In this document: piece by piece, positions 39,733 through 50,221 of the stretch
How the letters are laid out: each line of letters starts with the position of its first letter
How positions within the stretch are numbered: position 1 is the stretch's first letter
Source: a bacterium
GTDB taxonomy: Bacteria; JAAXHH01
Assembly: GCA_965262815.1 (NCBI GenBank)
Contig: OZ253560.1
Coordinates: 1,397,514 to 1,461,513, forward strand
Length of the DNA: 64,000 bases
Direction: 5' to 3'
Notes under the pieces: generated by a model
Seen by the model: only the letters and a program-made list of their open reading frames with translations
Told to the model about the DNA's origin: nothing
Databases searched by the model: none
Position numbers and translations under genes: made by a program

Positions 39733-39791
39733 CCTGGGAACGCGACGGGAGAGCGACGCTCCTGTTCCATTTGAAAGGGTGTTGACAACCC

Positions 39792-41117
39792 ATGACTACA
39801 GTACAGGTATCCTCGCAGGAATCTGTGTACCGCAGCCGGACACCGGGATCCTACGAGGCGTTCAAACGGTCGGGTGAAGTCATGCCCGGCGTCGCCAAGG
39901 GCGCCTACTATTACGCCCCGTACCCGATTACCATGGCGCGGGCCGAAGGTTGCCGTCTATTCGACGTGGACGGAAACCGGTACGTGGATTTCGCCAATCA
40001 CCATACCACGCAGATACTGGGACACAATCATCCCGCCATAATCCGTGCGGTGGAGCGCCAGCTCGAAAGGGGCATTGCCGTGGCCGCGCCCATGGGCATT
40101 GAAACCGCACTGGCGGAAACGCTGTGCCAGCGGGTGAAGTCCCTCGACAAGATCCGGTTCTGCAATTCCGGGACGGAGGCCACGCTTCACGCCATCCGGT
40201 TGGCCAGGGAGTACACGGGCCGGCACATCATCGCCAAGTTCGAGGGGGGATACCACGGCAGCCACGACGCCGTCGAAATCAGCGTCGCGCCCGACCCCGG
40301 TCTGGCGGGACCCGCGACGCGGCCCGTACCGGTACGAGGAGCCGGAGGCATGCCGCCCAACACCATCGACAACGTCATCATTCTCCCCCTGGATGACGAA
40401 GCGGCCGTGGAAACGCTCATCGAGGAACACCGGGACGAACTGGCGGCCGTGATACTCGATCCCAGGACCGGTGTCCTTCCCCAGCGCCCGGCGTTCATCA
40501 GGGCGGTGCGCGAGATCACGCGTAAAAACAACGTGCTGCTCATATTTGATGAAATCGTTGGATTCCGCGCGGCGCCGGGAGGCGTCCAGTCGCTGTGCGG
40601 CATCATGCCCGACCTTACGACCTACGGCAAGATCGTTGGCGGCGGTTTTCCCGTAGGGGCCTTCGGCGGACGGAAAGACCTGATGTCCCTGCTGGACCCG
40701 ACCCTGGGGAAACCCCGGTTGTCTCAAAGCGGTTCCTTCAGCGGACATCCCGTGGCCATGGCCGCGGGTCAAGCGATGCTGGAGGTGCTCACGCCCGAAG
40801 TTTACGACAGGCTGGACCGCCTGACCGATCGCCTCGTGGACGGACTCCGGGCTGTATTCGCCCGTACCCGCACGGTGGCGACGGCGGTAGCGTCCGGTTC
40901 AACCTTCAGCATCTACTTCACCGGAGGTCCGATGAGGACCTACCGCGACGCGGCAGCAGCGGACAAGCGGCCCGTACCAGGTGTTTTCCTTTCTCTGCTC
41001 AACAGGGGATACTACCTGGCCAATGGTCTCGGCATGAACTGCCTTTCCGCGGCCATGGACGAATCGCATGTCGACGGCCTGATAGGAGCCATGGGCGAAG
41101 CACTGGAAGAGGACTGA
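39792..41117 (+). CDS. Class III aminotransferase (GSA-aminomutase-like)
   Basis: DVDGNRYVDF, CNSGTEA, GGYHG, FDEI, TYGKIVGGG. Confidence 0.88.
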   Translation: MTTVQVSSQESVYRSRTPGSYEAFKRSGEVMPGVAKGAYYYAPYPITMARAEGCRLFDVDGNRYVDFANHHTTQILGHNHPAIIRAVERQLERGIAVAAPMGIETALAETLCQRVKSLDKIRFCNSGTEATLHAIRLAREYTGRHIIAKFEGGYHGSHDAVEISVAPDPGLAGPATRPVPVRGAGGMPPNTIDNVIILPLDDEAAVETLIEEHRDELAAVILDPRTGVLPQRPAFIRAVREITRKNNVLLIFDEIVGFRAAPGGVQSLCGIMPDLTTYGKIVGGGFPVGAFGGRKDLMSLLDPTLGKPRLSQSGSFSGHPVAMAAGQAMLEVLTPEVYDRLDRLTDRLVDGLRAVFARTRTVATAVASGSTFSIYFTGGPMRTYRDAAAADKRPVPGVFLSLLNRGYYLANGLGMNCLSAAMDESHVDGLIGAMGEALEED

Positions 41118-41168
41118 AACCTGGCCGGGATACGCCGGACGATCAACATTTAAAACAGGAACGAAACC

Positions 41169-42830
41169 ATGTCCAAAACAGTAAAGTGCGCTTTCTGCCT
41201 GCTCGGAGCAGTTGCCTTTTTCTTTCTAGTTCCTCTGCTGATTTCGGCACAAAACGACGGTTCCGGTAACTCAGCGGCAAGGCCCCTGCCTCCGGACGCG
41301 GCGCCGAGGGAACAGCAGGTCATGAGGTTCATGAGCCCGGAACCTCGAACGCTCGACTCCGCCATCAACGACTATGACACGGAAGACACGATTATCCCCT
41401 TCGAGCCCCTGCTTCGGCGGGACCCTAACTGGCATCCCGAGCCCGCGGCTGCTGATGGTTACGAATCGACCCCTGACGGCAAAACGTGGACATTCCACCT
41501 CAGGCAGGGCGCACGATGGAGCGACGGGCGTCCGGTCACGGCCCACGACTTTGTATATTCCTTCCGGCGCATGTTGGATCCGAAGGAGGCCAACCCCTAC
41601 GGGTTTTTCTACCACGATTTCAAAAACGCACGGCCCATAAACCGCGGCGAGATAAAGGACCTGACCCAACTGGGTGTCCGTGCTGTCGACGATCTCACGC
41701 TGGTCATCGAGACAGAGAAATCGGCGCCGTACCTTCCATTTATCGTATCCTACGGGAACGCCCTGCCCGTACCCCCATGGCAGGTGGAAAAGTACGACAA
41801 GAAATGGACCCGGCTGGAGAACATCGTCTCAAATTCAGGCTTTAAACTATCCGAATGGGTAACGGGCAGCCACATGACCCTGGTTCCGGATCCCATGTAC
41901 AACGGTCCCCACAAGCCCTACCTGGAGAAGGTCATCCATCCCTTCCGCAACGCGGCGGTCGCCACCGTCCTCGCCTACGAAAACAACGAGGTGGACCGCG
42001 AACTCGTCGACGTGACCGACATGCCCCGCATCATGGCCGACCCCGAACTCGCGCCGGATCTGGTCAAGGTGGCGGCGAGGGGATCGTGGTATCTCTTCTT
42101 CCGTACCCGCCAGCCGCCTTTCGACGATGTACGCGTCAGGGAAGCCTTTACCCGGGCGATCGACCGGGATGTGATCAGCAACATCCTGCTGGGCGGTACG
42201 GCCGTACCCGCCTATTCCATGATTCCCCCGGAATTCGCGGAATACAACGGAACAGCCATGAAGCGGCACCAGGATTATGACCCCGCGAGAGCGAAGGAAC
42301 TTATTCGAGAGGCCGGCTATCCCCGGGGAAGGGGATTCCCTCGCCAGGAAATGTGGCTACGGGCGCCCAACCCTACCATCAAGCGGGTGAGCGAGGCGAT
42401 TATGGCCATGCTCAAGGAGAATATCGGGGTGGACGTCACCATCCGCGCCGCCGACCGCACCATGTACATGAACAATATGTACAACTGGCGCATGAACCTG
42501 GGCCTAATCGTGTTCTACGCGGATTACCTGGATCCGCGCAACATGCTCGACATGATCTGGCACACGCAGCCGCAAGGTTACGGACGGTCGGACTGGACGA
42601 ACGGCGAATTTGACCGGCTCGTTGAGGAGGCGGCTTCTGAACTGAACAAGGAAAGGCGGCGTGAGCTTTACCTGGAGGCGGAGGAAATCATGGTGACGGA
42701 CTACGCCGGCGCTTTTCTCTTCCATCCGGTGAACCTGGAACTCAGAAAGCGCTGGGTGAAGGGCATCCCCGAGAATCCCGACGGCACGGTCGGCGCCATG
42801 GATTATACACGGGTGTACATCAGCCGGTGA
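41169..42830 (+). CDS. Family 5 ABC substrate-binding protein (OppA-like)
   Basis: WTFHLR..WSDG.PVTAHDFVYS, PFDDVRVR.A; signal peptide. Confidence 0.92.
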   Translation: MSKTVKCAFCLLGAVAFFFLVPLLISAQNDGSGNSAARPLPPDAAPREQQVMRFMSPEPRTLDSAINDYDTEDTIIPFEPLLRRDPNWHPEPAAADGYESTPDGKTWTFHLRQGARWSDGRPVTAHDFVYSFRRMLDPKEANPYGFFYHDFKNARPINRGEIKDLTQLGVRAVDDLTLVIETEKSAPYLPFIVSYGNALPVPPWQVEKYDKKWTRLENIVSNSGFKLSEWVTGSHMTLVPDPMYNGPHKPYLEKVIHPFRNAAVATVLAYENNEVDRELVDVTDMPRIMADPELAPDLVKVAARGSWYLFFRTRQPPFDDVRVREAFTRAIDRDVISNILLGGTAVPAYSMIPPEFAEYNGTAMKRHQDYDPARAKELIREAGYPRGRGFPRQEMWLRAPNPTIKRVSEAIMAMLKENIGVDVTIRAADRTMYMNNMYNWRMNLGLIVFYADYLDPRNMLDMIWHTQPQGYGRSDWTNGEFDRLVEEAASELNKERRRELYLEAEEIMVTDYAGAFLFHPVNLELRKRWVKGIPENPDGTVGAMDYTRVYISR

Positions 42831-42857
42831 TATCATAGACACGGCGATCGTGAAAAC

Positions 42858-42897
42858 AAAAAAGCCTCCGCGTGAATGGATCGGCGCGGAGGCTTTT
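42858..42897. terminator. Bidirectional intrinsic terminator
   Basis: AAAAAA-GCCTCCGCG-loop-CGCGGAGGC-TTTT between convergent genes. Confidence 0.85.
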
Positions 42898-42927
42898 ACT
42901 GTTTAGTTCTTCGTATCTCGACGCTGC

Positions 42928-43521
42928 TTACCTGATGGCGTCCTTCATCTGTGCGACGATGTCGCGTATGGACTTGGCATTTCGGTCCCTGGGCGCCAGG
43001 CTCAGGAAACTCTCGTAGGATTTGATCGCGTTCGGGTAATCCTCCCTGGTCTGATACAAAATACCCAGGTTGTAGTGCCAGTTCGCCTTCTTGGCATTTA
43101 AGCGGATAGCCGCCTGGTATGCACGGATGGCGTTGCTGTTGCTTTTGATCTTGCGATAGGCGCTGCCCATCGCGGCATGGGCGTCGGCGTACCTGGCGTC
43201 GAGCTGCGTCGCCTGCTTGAAGGACTTGATAGCATTGGAAGTCTGACCGGCCTTCTGCTGGGACAGGCCCAGGTTGTAGTAGGCTTCCTTGTAGTCTTCC
43301 TTCAACTCGACGGCTTTTTGAAAAGAGCCGATGGCGTTCGCGAACTGCCCCGCCTTGAAATAAGCTATGCCAAGATTGTAATGACGCGGGGGATCGTCCG
43401 GCATGGCTTCTATTTTAGCCTTTGCTTCCGTGATCGACTGGGCCTGCACCGCCGGAGCGGCGATCAATGCGAACAGAACCATGAGAGCGGCAAGGTAGTT
43501 CAGTTTCTTGATGCGTGCCAT
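42928..43521 (-). CDS. Secreted TPR-repeat protein
   Basis: Four YNLG/A..A type TPR repeats, signal peptide, GGAGGA RBS. Confidence 0.9.
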   Translation of the reverse strand: MARIKKLNYLAALMVLFALIAAPAVQAQSITEAKAKIEAMPDDPPRHYNLGIAYFKAGQFANAIGSFQKAVELKEDYKEAYYNLGLSQQKAGQTSNAIKSFKQATQLDARYADAHAAMGSAYRKIKSNSNAIRAYQAAIRLNAKKANWHYNLGILYQTREDYPNAIKSYESFLSLAPRDRNAKSIRDIVAQMKDAIR

Positions 43522-43703
43522 CCTAATTCCTCCGTTGGATAACTGAGAATCTGTGGACATGGAGTATTTGTGGACATTTGGGGTTTTTGATCATATATTG
43601 AGTCCAAGATAAATAAAATATGGTATTCTCCACTGAAATGCAAGTCTAATGTGGGGTTTTTTTGTGGAAAAGATCCTGTAACCGAATTTCACGGGAGCCA
43701 TCG

Positions 43704-44252
43704 ATGATACGATATACAGTCGCTGATTTTCTGGGCGACGCCCGGCGAATTGTACGAGAAAACGGCATAAAAGACGGATTGGACGCCATCAGGGGAAACA
43801 CCGAACGGTTGCTCCGCCAGCCCGACCTGCTGGAAACCTACGTGAACATGTACGAATACAAGGGCCATACCATTATCGGCCACGACCCGGAAACGGACAT
43901 CTACGTGATTGTCCACGGCGGCCGTAAAGGCGGCAGTTCGCCCCCTCATGATCACGGTCCCTGCAGTGTGATCTACGGAAACTTTACGGGGCACACGGTT
44001 ATGAAGCGGTGGAACCGGCTGGACGGCGGGGGCTCCGAGGGACAGGCCCGTCTCGAGGTAGCCAGAGAATACACCGTCGGCGCAGGCGAAGCGACGGCAT
44101 TCGCCCAAGGCGACATCCATTCCATCGACTATCCGGACGGCGCCTTCTTCGTCCGGGTGACCGTGGGTGACGTGGAACAGCAGAAAACGCACCGTTTCGA
44201 CCTGGAACGGGGTATCGTGGAAATCGACGACCGCACGGCGAAAGCCATGTAG
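43704..44252 (+). CDS. Cysteine dioxygenase-like cupin
   Basis: SPPHDHG..IYG, GDIHS. Confidence 0.7.
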   Translation: MIRYTVADFLGDARRIVRENGIKDGLDAIRGNTERLLRQPDLLETYVNMYEYKGHTIIGHDPETDIYVIVHGGRKGGSSPPHDHGPCSVIYGNFTGHTVMKRWNRLDGGGSEGQARLEVAREYTVGAGEATAFAQGDIHSIDYPDGAFFVRVTVGDVEQQKTHRFDLERGIVEIDDRTAKAM

Positions 44253-44327
44253 CCAACCGCGGTCGGTGATTTTATCAGCCAGTAGCATGTAACATTCCGG
44301 ACTACCCGGTTCTGCCATTACCTACCC

Positions 44328-45281
44328 ATGTCATCCGTTGAAACCACAAAACAGCGACCCACGGTAAAACCCTCCGACATCGTTCCGTCAGACCGGCTGA
44401 ACGAACTGCTCCAGCGTCGGAACCTGCCGGGTTTCATCTACCTCGCGGGACACGGGGCGGCCACGTTGCTTACCGGATACCTGGTGACGCTTTCCCTGGG
44501 GACATGGTGGCTGGTGCCGGCCCTGCTGGTTCATGGAACCGTCGTAGTACACTGGTTCGCGCCTTTTCACGAATGTTCCCACGGCACGGCCTTCAGAAAC
44601 ACGTGGATGAACCGGATCGTCGGCTGGATCACCGGTGCGGGGCTGTTTCTCGTTCCTACATATTTCCGCTACGAGCATCTCGCCCATCATTCCCACACAC
44701 AGATCACAGGGGACGACCCCGAAATGATCCCCATGGCGGAGCGGTTGGGAGGCTATCTCTACTACGCCACGGGAGTTCCCTACTTCTACAGCAACCTGAC
44801 TACGCTGGCACGCGCCCTGTTCGGTCGATTCAACGAGGTCGAAATGAAGTTTCTGCCCATGCGGAAGCGTGGTACAGTGGTGGCGGAATCCTGGGGTATG
44901 TGTCTGGCCTACGGGGCGCTGGTGGCCGGGTCGTTCTGGTTCGATACGACGGTGGTTGTTCTGTACTGGCTGGCTCCTCGTTTCCTGGGCGAACCCGCCA
45001 TGCGTCTCATCCGCATGTCCGAGCACACGGGGTGCCCACGCGTTCGCCATATCCTGCACAATACCCGGACCGTGTTGACCATTCCCCTGGTCCGGTGGTT
45101 GAACTGGAACAACGCGTACCACGCCGAACATCACGCCATTCCCACCGTCCCCTTCTACGCCCTGGAAGACCTGCATCGGATCATGGGACCCCATTTCGAA
45201 GAAGTACGCCCGGGGTACGTAGATACGCAATTGCACCTGGTGGCTAACGGGATGAAAAACAGTACCGCGCAGGGCGGCTGA
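44328..45281 (+). CDS. Fatty acid desaturase family protein (MocD-like)
   Basis: HECSH, HLAHH, YHAEHH. Confidence 0.88.
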   Translation: MSSVETTKQRPTVKPSDIVPSDRLNELLQRRNLPGFIYLAGHGAATLLTGYLVTLSLGTWWLVPALLVHGTVVVHWFAPFHECSHGTAFRNTWMNRIVGWITGAGLFLVPTYFRYEHLAHHSHTQITGDDPEMIPMAERLGGYLYYATGVPYFYSNLTTLARALFGRFNEVEMKFLPMRKRGTVVAESWGMCLAYGALVAGSFWFDTTVVVLYWLAPRFLGEPAMRLIRMSEHTGCPRVRHILHNTRTVLTIPLVRWLNWNNAYHAEHHAIPTVPFYALEDLHRIMGPHFEEVRPGYVDTQLHLVANGMKNSTAQGG

Positions 45282-45289
45282 TCGATGGG

Positions 45290-45685
45290 TCAGCCTGCTG
45301 TAAGGTCCGGAGGGTTTTCTTTGGGGGGAACGACACACAGGAATCCAAGTGGTTCCTCTCCGACGCTTTCGAACTGGTGCTGTTCGTTCGGGGCGATGTA
45401 AACCACGTCACCCGGCCCCACATCGTGCATGTCCCACCCGATTAGAACCTTCGCGCGGCCCCGCAGTATATAGATACCGTGGTCGTGGGCGTGACGGTCG
45501 AAGGAGGACTGGCCCCCCGGTTCGATTTCGAAATACCGCACGGAGAAGTTATTCGCCCCGTCATCGGGACCGATGACCACCCGGACCGACCCACCTACCG
45601 CTCCGCCCTTGGTGTAGGGGACCATGTCCACGCCCGACCAATCGTTCGCTCCGTTCTGCCCGCGGTGTTTGTGTACGACACCCAT
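45290..45685 (-). CDS. Cupin_2 domain protein
   Basis: RYFEIEPGG, HAHDH, PGDVVYI.PNEQHQF. Confidence 0.88.
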   Translation of the reverse strand: MGVVHKHRGQNGANDWSGVDMVPYTKGGAVGGSVRVVIGPDDGANNFSVRYFEIEPGGQSSFDRHAHDHGIYILRGRAKVLIGWDMHDVGPGDVVYIAPNEQHQFESVGEEPLGFLCVVPPKENPPDLTAG

Positions 45686-45731
45686 GCCACGCCTTTCCTG
45701 TCAAAAACCACTTTTCGCTTAAGATGATGTA

Positions 45732-46787
45732 TTACATGAAGTTGCGTACGCCGCTGCCGTGCAGTTCCGAGATGCGCTCGGCGGCCGCTTGTTCGAAGCC
45801 GATGGATACTAATTCGCGCACACGCTTCCGATGCATCTCTTCGTATAGTCCTATCACCGCGTCCCGCCCCCGGGCCAGTTGTTCGGGATGCGATCCTCCG
45901 CCGGCCATTGTCATCATGGCCTTCAGCACAAAGGGACTGGTACCCGATGCCTGCTGCAGGAACATGGTGCGTTCTTCGGCCGCCCGCATGAGATCGTCCC
46001 GGATGGACGGTTCCCTTTCGATGTGGTAGGCGAAATGGGAAATGCCGTACCCGACGTGCCGGCCCTCGTCCTGGCGGGCCAGCTTGAAGGTCCGCGCGGT
46101 CACCGGATCGGGTGCGACCTGCTCCAGGAACATCAACAGTTCCATGAAAGTCCCTTCACCGAGGACGTGCATCAGAAAGGAACCGTTCGAATAGTCGTCC
46201 TGCGCCAGCAGACTGCGCAGGGACCATTCGGTCGCGGCCGAGACGTACTGGAGTCCCCCGCCGTTGGCGAGGGCCCGCTTGGTGAAGACCTCCGCGTGCC
46301 TGGCCTCGTCCATGACCTGCGTGGCCAGAAAGAGGACCACTTCGGAGTACTGGGGATCGATCCGGTTCATGAACTTGGCCGGCAGGTACATGGCCAGGTA
46401 TTCGTTCTGAATCAGGAAGGTCATGACCTGGCATACCGCTTGTTCCAGGTCGTCCGGGAGAACGGGCAGATCGTCCCAGGGGATGTCGGTCGTCGCGTCC
46501 CACTGTCCCGCCTTGCCCTGCTCGTACAGCTCCGCGATGTTATCGGCCCATACCAGCTTCTTCTCCCGAATGGTAAAACCGAAATCCGGCGTGCCGGGAT
46601 CGACTACGGACCCGCGCTGGGCAAGTCCCTGCCCTTTGGGCGCCACGTCCGGCACCTCGCCCGCCCTGCCGACCTGGCAATCCCGCATGAGGATGCCCCG
46701 GCCGCTCACGGGTTTGACTTTTATACCCTTATCGGGTTTCCCCCATTCCGACGTATCGGGAAGAGGGATGCCGAAATCTTCAGACAT
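45732..46787 (-). CDS. Ferritin-like diiron protein
   Basis: QNE, DEARH, GEG, DEGRH (two ExxH motifs). Confidence 0.8.
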   Translation of the reverse strand: MSEDFGIPLPDTSEWGKPDKGIKVKPVSGRGILMRDCQVGRAGEVPDVAPKGQGLAQRGSVVDPGTPDFGFTIREKKLVWADNIAELYEQGKAGQWDATTDIPWDDLPVLPDDLEQAVCQVMTFLIQNEYLAMYLPAKFMNRIDPQYSEVVLFLATQVMDEARHAEVFTKRALANGGGLQYVSAATEWSLRSLLAQDDYSNGSFLMHVLGEGTFMELLMFLEQVAPDPVTARTFKLARQDEGRHVGYGISHFAYHIEREPSIRDDLMRAAEERTMFLQQASGTSPFVLKAMMTMAGGGSHPEQLARGRDAVIGLYEEMHRKRVRELVSIGFEQAAAERISELHGSGVRNFM

Positions 46788-46811
46788 GTATGAACCTTTC
46801 CCTTACTGAAA

Positions 46812-46840
46812 TTGACTTAACCCCTGTTGCGTCGTATATG
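46812..46840 (+). promoter_or_regulatory. Putative sigma70 promoter of the ClC gene
   Basis: TTGACT-17 nt-TATATG. Confidence 0.45.
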
Positions 46841-46894
46841 TATGATACTGCGATTCAAGGTAGTTGACAAGTCGAAGGTTGGGATGCGAATCCA

Positions 46895-48961
46895 ATGAAT
46901 CTGTCGAGGCTGAGGGTATTTCGTCTGTGGCGCGTGATGGTGCGGCGCTTCAAGCAGCGCCTGCATGCCAATGTGGAGCGCATGCGGACGACTGATCAGG
47001 TTTTCATGATTAGTGCTGCAGCGCTGATCGGCGTGCTCGGCAGCGGTGGAGCCATTGCCTTCCGCTGGTTGATCGATACCATTGAATACTATGCCTGGGG
47101 CGGAGCTGTGCCGGAAGCCTCGGCCGCTGATTCGCTGCTCGTAATTGGCGTTCCCACGGCTGGCGGCCTGATCGTCGGTATCCTGATTTACTTCAGCACC
47201 CGCGAGGCCCGTGGACTGCCCGACGTTATTGAAGCCGTAGCTTTGCGCGGGGGCCGCATTAAACCCCGCGTCGCCGTGGAAACCTCCATGGCCACCGCCA
47301 TAAGTATTGGCACCGGTCTCTCGGTGGGCCGGGAAGGACCCATTGCCCAGATCGGCGCCGCCCTGGGATCCACTTTCGGGCAATTGTCCAGGGTAAACAT
47401 GCATCGCATGCGCACCTTCGTGGGCTGCGGCGCGGCGGCGGGCATCGCCGCCACGTTCAACACGCCGATCGCCGGAGCGCTGTTCGCCCTTGAAGTGATC
47501 CTCGGAAATTTCTCCTTCAACCGGTTCAGTCCCATCGTGATCTCCTCGGTGGTGGCAACCGCCATATCGCGTCACTACCTGGGCAATCAACCGGCGTTCA
47601 TCGTTCCCCCACACAGCCTGAACAACCCCCTGGAACTCGCGTTCTACGCCGCTCTGGGCATACTGGCTGCCATCGTGGGGACGTTTTTTGTCAGGACGCT
47701 CTACGGCGTGGAAGATCTATACCGGAAAGTGCCCCTCCCGGAGTTCCTGAAGCCCATGACCGGGGGACTGCTTGTAGGCGTCATCGCCCTCTTCTATCCC
47801 CATATCCTGGGCGTGGGATACGATACCATGGACCGCGCGGTCTTTTTCGAACTGGAATGGAAACTCCTGGTTATCCTCATATTCATGAAAATCGCCGCTA
47901 CCTCCTTCACCCTGGGTTCAGGCGCGTCGGGTGGCGTGATCGCCCCTTCTTTGTTCGTCGGATGCATGCTGGGTGGCGCGTTCGGCGCGTTGGTGAACCT
48001 TCTTTTCCCCACTGTGAGCGGCGTTCACGGCGCCTATGCGCTGGTGGCCATGGGCGCCCTGGTGTCCTCGACCACAAGGACTCCGTTGACGTCGATACTC
48101 ATGATTTTCGAAATGACCGGCGACTACGCGCTGATCCTGCCGCTGATGATCTCCATCATTATCAGCACGGCGTTGTCCGCGTACCTGCTGAAGCCCTCCG
48201 TATACACCCTGCGCCTGTTGAGGAGAAACGTGGACATCGACAAGGGACAGGAGACGAACATACTCCGGTCGCTCACCGTGGCGGAGATCCGCGAGCCTCT
48301 ATTCGAAACGATCCCTCCCCAGGCCCCGCTCGACGACCTCATGTCCCGCCTTGCCGAGAGTTCCTACACGGAGTTCTACATCACGGACGCCGAAGGCCGA
48401 TACAAAGGCACCGTCACCTTCGACCGCATTCGAAGTCTCGTCGCATACGGCCAGGATCTTGAAGGGGTCATCGTGGCACACGATATCGCCCAGTTCGATC
48501 TTCCGACGGTAAGGGACAGGGATACGCTCGACCGGGTAATGCTGCTTTTCGGCCAGCACCACGTCAATGCGTTTCCCGTGGTGGACCCGGAGACGGACCG
48601 CCTGGTCGGCGTCATCAGCCGTAAACACGTCATAGACGCGTACAACCGGGAAATCGCGAGAAGGGACCTGGCCGGTGAATTCGGCAGCATGGTGAACACG
48701 CTGACCGGAGGGCATGTCGTTCAACTTGGCGCCAACTACGCCATGGTCGAAATCAACGCTCCCCGCCGTTTTATTGGCAGCGGCATCCGGCGTCTCCAGA
48801 TCCGCAGCCGGTACGGGGTACAGATCCTGCTGATAAAAAAGCGGGAGGACCACGGCGACCTTGCCCATTTCGTTCCTTCACCAGACTACGTGATACAGGA
48901 AGATGACCTTCTTCTCGTGGCGGGTGAACACGACAAGATTCAAAGAATCAAGAATCTGTAA
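46895..48961 (+). CDS. ClC chloride channel/antiporter with CBS pair and TrkA-C domain
   Basis: GREGP, FNTPIAG.LFALE, GGVIAP, EMTG; CBS pair; C-terminal RCK-C. Confidence 0.92.
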   Translation: MNLSRLRVFRLWRVMVRRFKQRLHANVERMRTTDQVFMISAAALIGVLGSGGAIAFRWLIDTIEYYAWGGAVPEASAADSLLVIGVPTAGGLIVGILIYFSTREARGLPDVIEAVALRGGRIKPRVAVETSMATAISIGTGLSVGREGPIAQIGAALGSTFGQLSRVNMHRMRTFVGCGAAAGIAATFNTPIAGALFALEVILGNFSFNRFSPIVISSVVATAISRHYLGNQPAFIVPPHSLNNPLELAFYAALGILAAIVGTFFVRTLYGVEDLYRKVPLPEFLKPMTGGLLVGVIALFYPHILGVGYDTMDRAVFFELEWKLLVILIFMKIAATSFTLGSGASGGVIAPSLFVGCMLGGAFGALVNLLFPTVSGVHGAYALVAMGALVSSTTRTPLTSILMIFEMTGDYALILPLMISIIISTALSAYLLKPSVYTLRLLRRNVDIDKGQETNILRSLTVAEIREPLFETIPPQAPLDDLMSRLAESSYTEFYITDAEGRYKGTVTFDRIRSLVAYGQDLEGVIVAHDIAQFDLPTVRDRDTLDRVMLLFGQHHVNAFPVVDPETDRLVGVISRKHVIDAYNREIARRDLAGEFGSMVNTLTGGHVVQLGANYAMVEINAPRRFIGSGIRRLQIRSRYGVQILLIKKREDHGDLAHFVPSPDYVIQEDDLLLVAGEHDKIQRIKNL

Positions 48962-49060
48962 TGATTTGATTGACAGCAAACGATTACAGTGTATTTTTGC
49001 GATCAATCTTTTACATCGAGAGGTTCCTTTTCCATCACATCACAACATGGGGGCGTGAAA

Positions 49061-50161
49061 ATGGGTAACTTCTTGTCTCGAAGAATCGCTTCGTGGCTTC
49101 CGGTCATGCTGCTTGCGGCCATGCCGGCCATCGCTCAGGAGAACACCGCGGACGCCGAAGACGGCATGGAGAACGGCGATGGGAGTTCCGCCATTTCGCA
49201 TTTAATCGAAATCTCGGGGTTCGTAGACGCCAGCTATACCTACACCGGCATTGATGGTTCGAACACCTTCAGCCTGGACCAGGTGGAGATCGATCTATCG
49301 AAAGATCTGGGCGGCATTGGTACGCTCAACGCCGACCTGGAATGGGTGAGCGACGGTGAGGGCGGCTTTACGCTCGACGCGGAGCAGGGTTACGTGACCC
49401 TGGATCTCGGACTGGGCCGGGGAGAGGGAAACTACCCGACCCTGACATTCGGAAAATTCAACGCACCTATCGGTTTCGAGCTCCTGGACGCACCGGACAT
49501 GTACCAGTTTTCTCACGCGCTGGTCTTCGACATGGGGTTGCCGACCAACCTGACCGGCGCCATGCTTTCCATGGACCTGGGCAATGGAGTCGACGTGGTG
49601 GTCCACCTGTCGAACGGATGGGATCAGAACGTCGACGTGAATACCGACAAGATGATCGGCGGCCGACTCGGTTACAGCCACGAAGAACTGGGGGGGATCG
49701 GATTCTCTGCCATGCGCGGCAATGAATCCGGGTTGACAGGAAACCTGACCGTCTACGACATCGACCTGACACTGACACCGTCACCCGGACTGATCATCGG
49801 CGGGGAGTACAACAACGGCAAGACGGATCTGGATGAAATCGATGTGGAAAACAGCTGGAACGGCTACATGGTGATGGCGCACTACGATATTAATGACGTC
49901 GTGGGACTGACGGGCCGGTACGATCGGTTCAACAGGGAAATATCGAGCAGCCTCTCTAGCCTAGGTGGGGGAGCGGATCCCCTGGAACTGTCCCAGCAGG
50001 CTTTCGCCATAGCGCCGACATTCGCGCTGACCGACGGCCTTGGGTTCCTCATGGAACTCCGGAGGGACTTCTCGGACGATGAAATCTTCTACAACTCGGA
50101 TACGGGGGAATCGGAAACGTCGCAGGTCAATTTCGCCTTCGAGATGACCTACTCTTTCTGA
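49061..50161 (+). CDS. Outer membrane beta-barrel porin (BBP2-like)
   Basis: Signal peptide, ISGFVDASY, GKF..PIGFE, NGWD, C-terminal YSF. Confidence 0.8.
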   Translation: MGNFLSRRIASWLPVMLLAAMPAIAQENTADAEDGMENGDGSSAISHLIEISGFVDASYTYTGIDGSNTFSLDQVEIDLSKDLGGIGTLNADLEWVSDGEGGFTLDAEQGYVTLDLGLGRGEGNYPTLTFGKFNAPIGFELLDAPDMYQFSHALVFDMGLPTNLTGAMLSMDLGNGVDVVVHLSNGWDQNVDVNTDKMIGGRLGYSHEELGGIGFSAMRGNESGLTGNLTVYDIDLTLTPSPGLIIGGEYNNGKTDLDEIDVENSWNGYMVMAHYDINDVVGLTGRYDRFNREISSSLSSLGGGADPLELSQQAFAIAPTFALTDGLGFLMELRRDFSDDEIFYNSDTGESETSQVNFAFEMTYSF

Positions 50162-50221
50162 CCCGCGCGGCCAGACCTTTGCAGTGCCCGATCTGTTAAG
50201 AACGCCCTATCGGTGTTCGGT

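Noticed and set aside
39792-41117. hemL
   Set aside because: The HemL-specific N-terminal motif is absent and the context is catabolic
46790-46895. Fluoride riboswitch before ClC
   Set aside because: No GGxGATG consensus, and the protein lacks the CLC-F GNNLI/GREGT motifs
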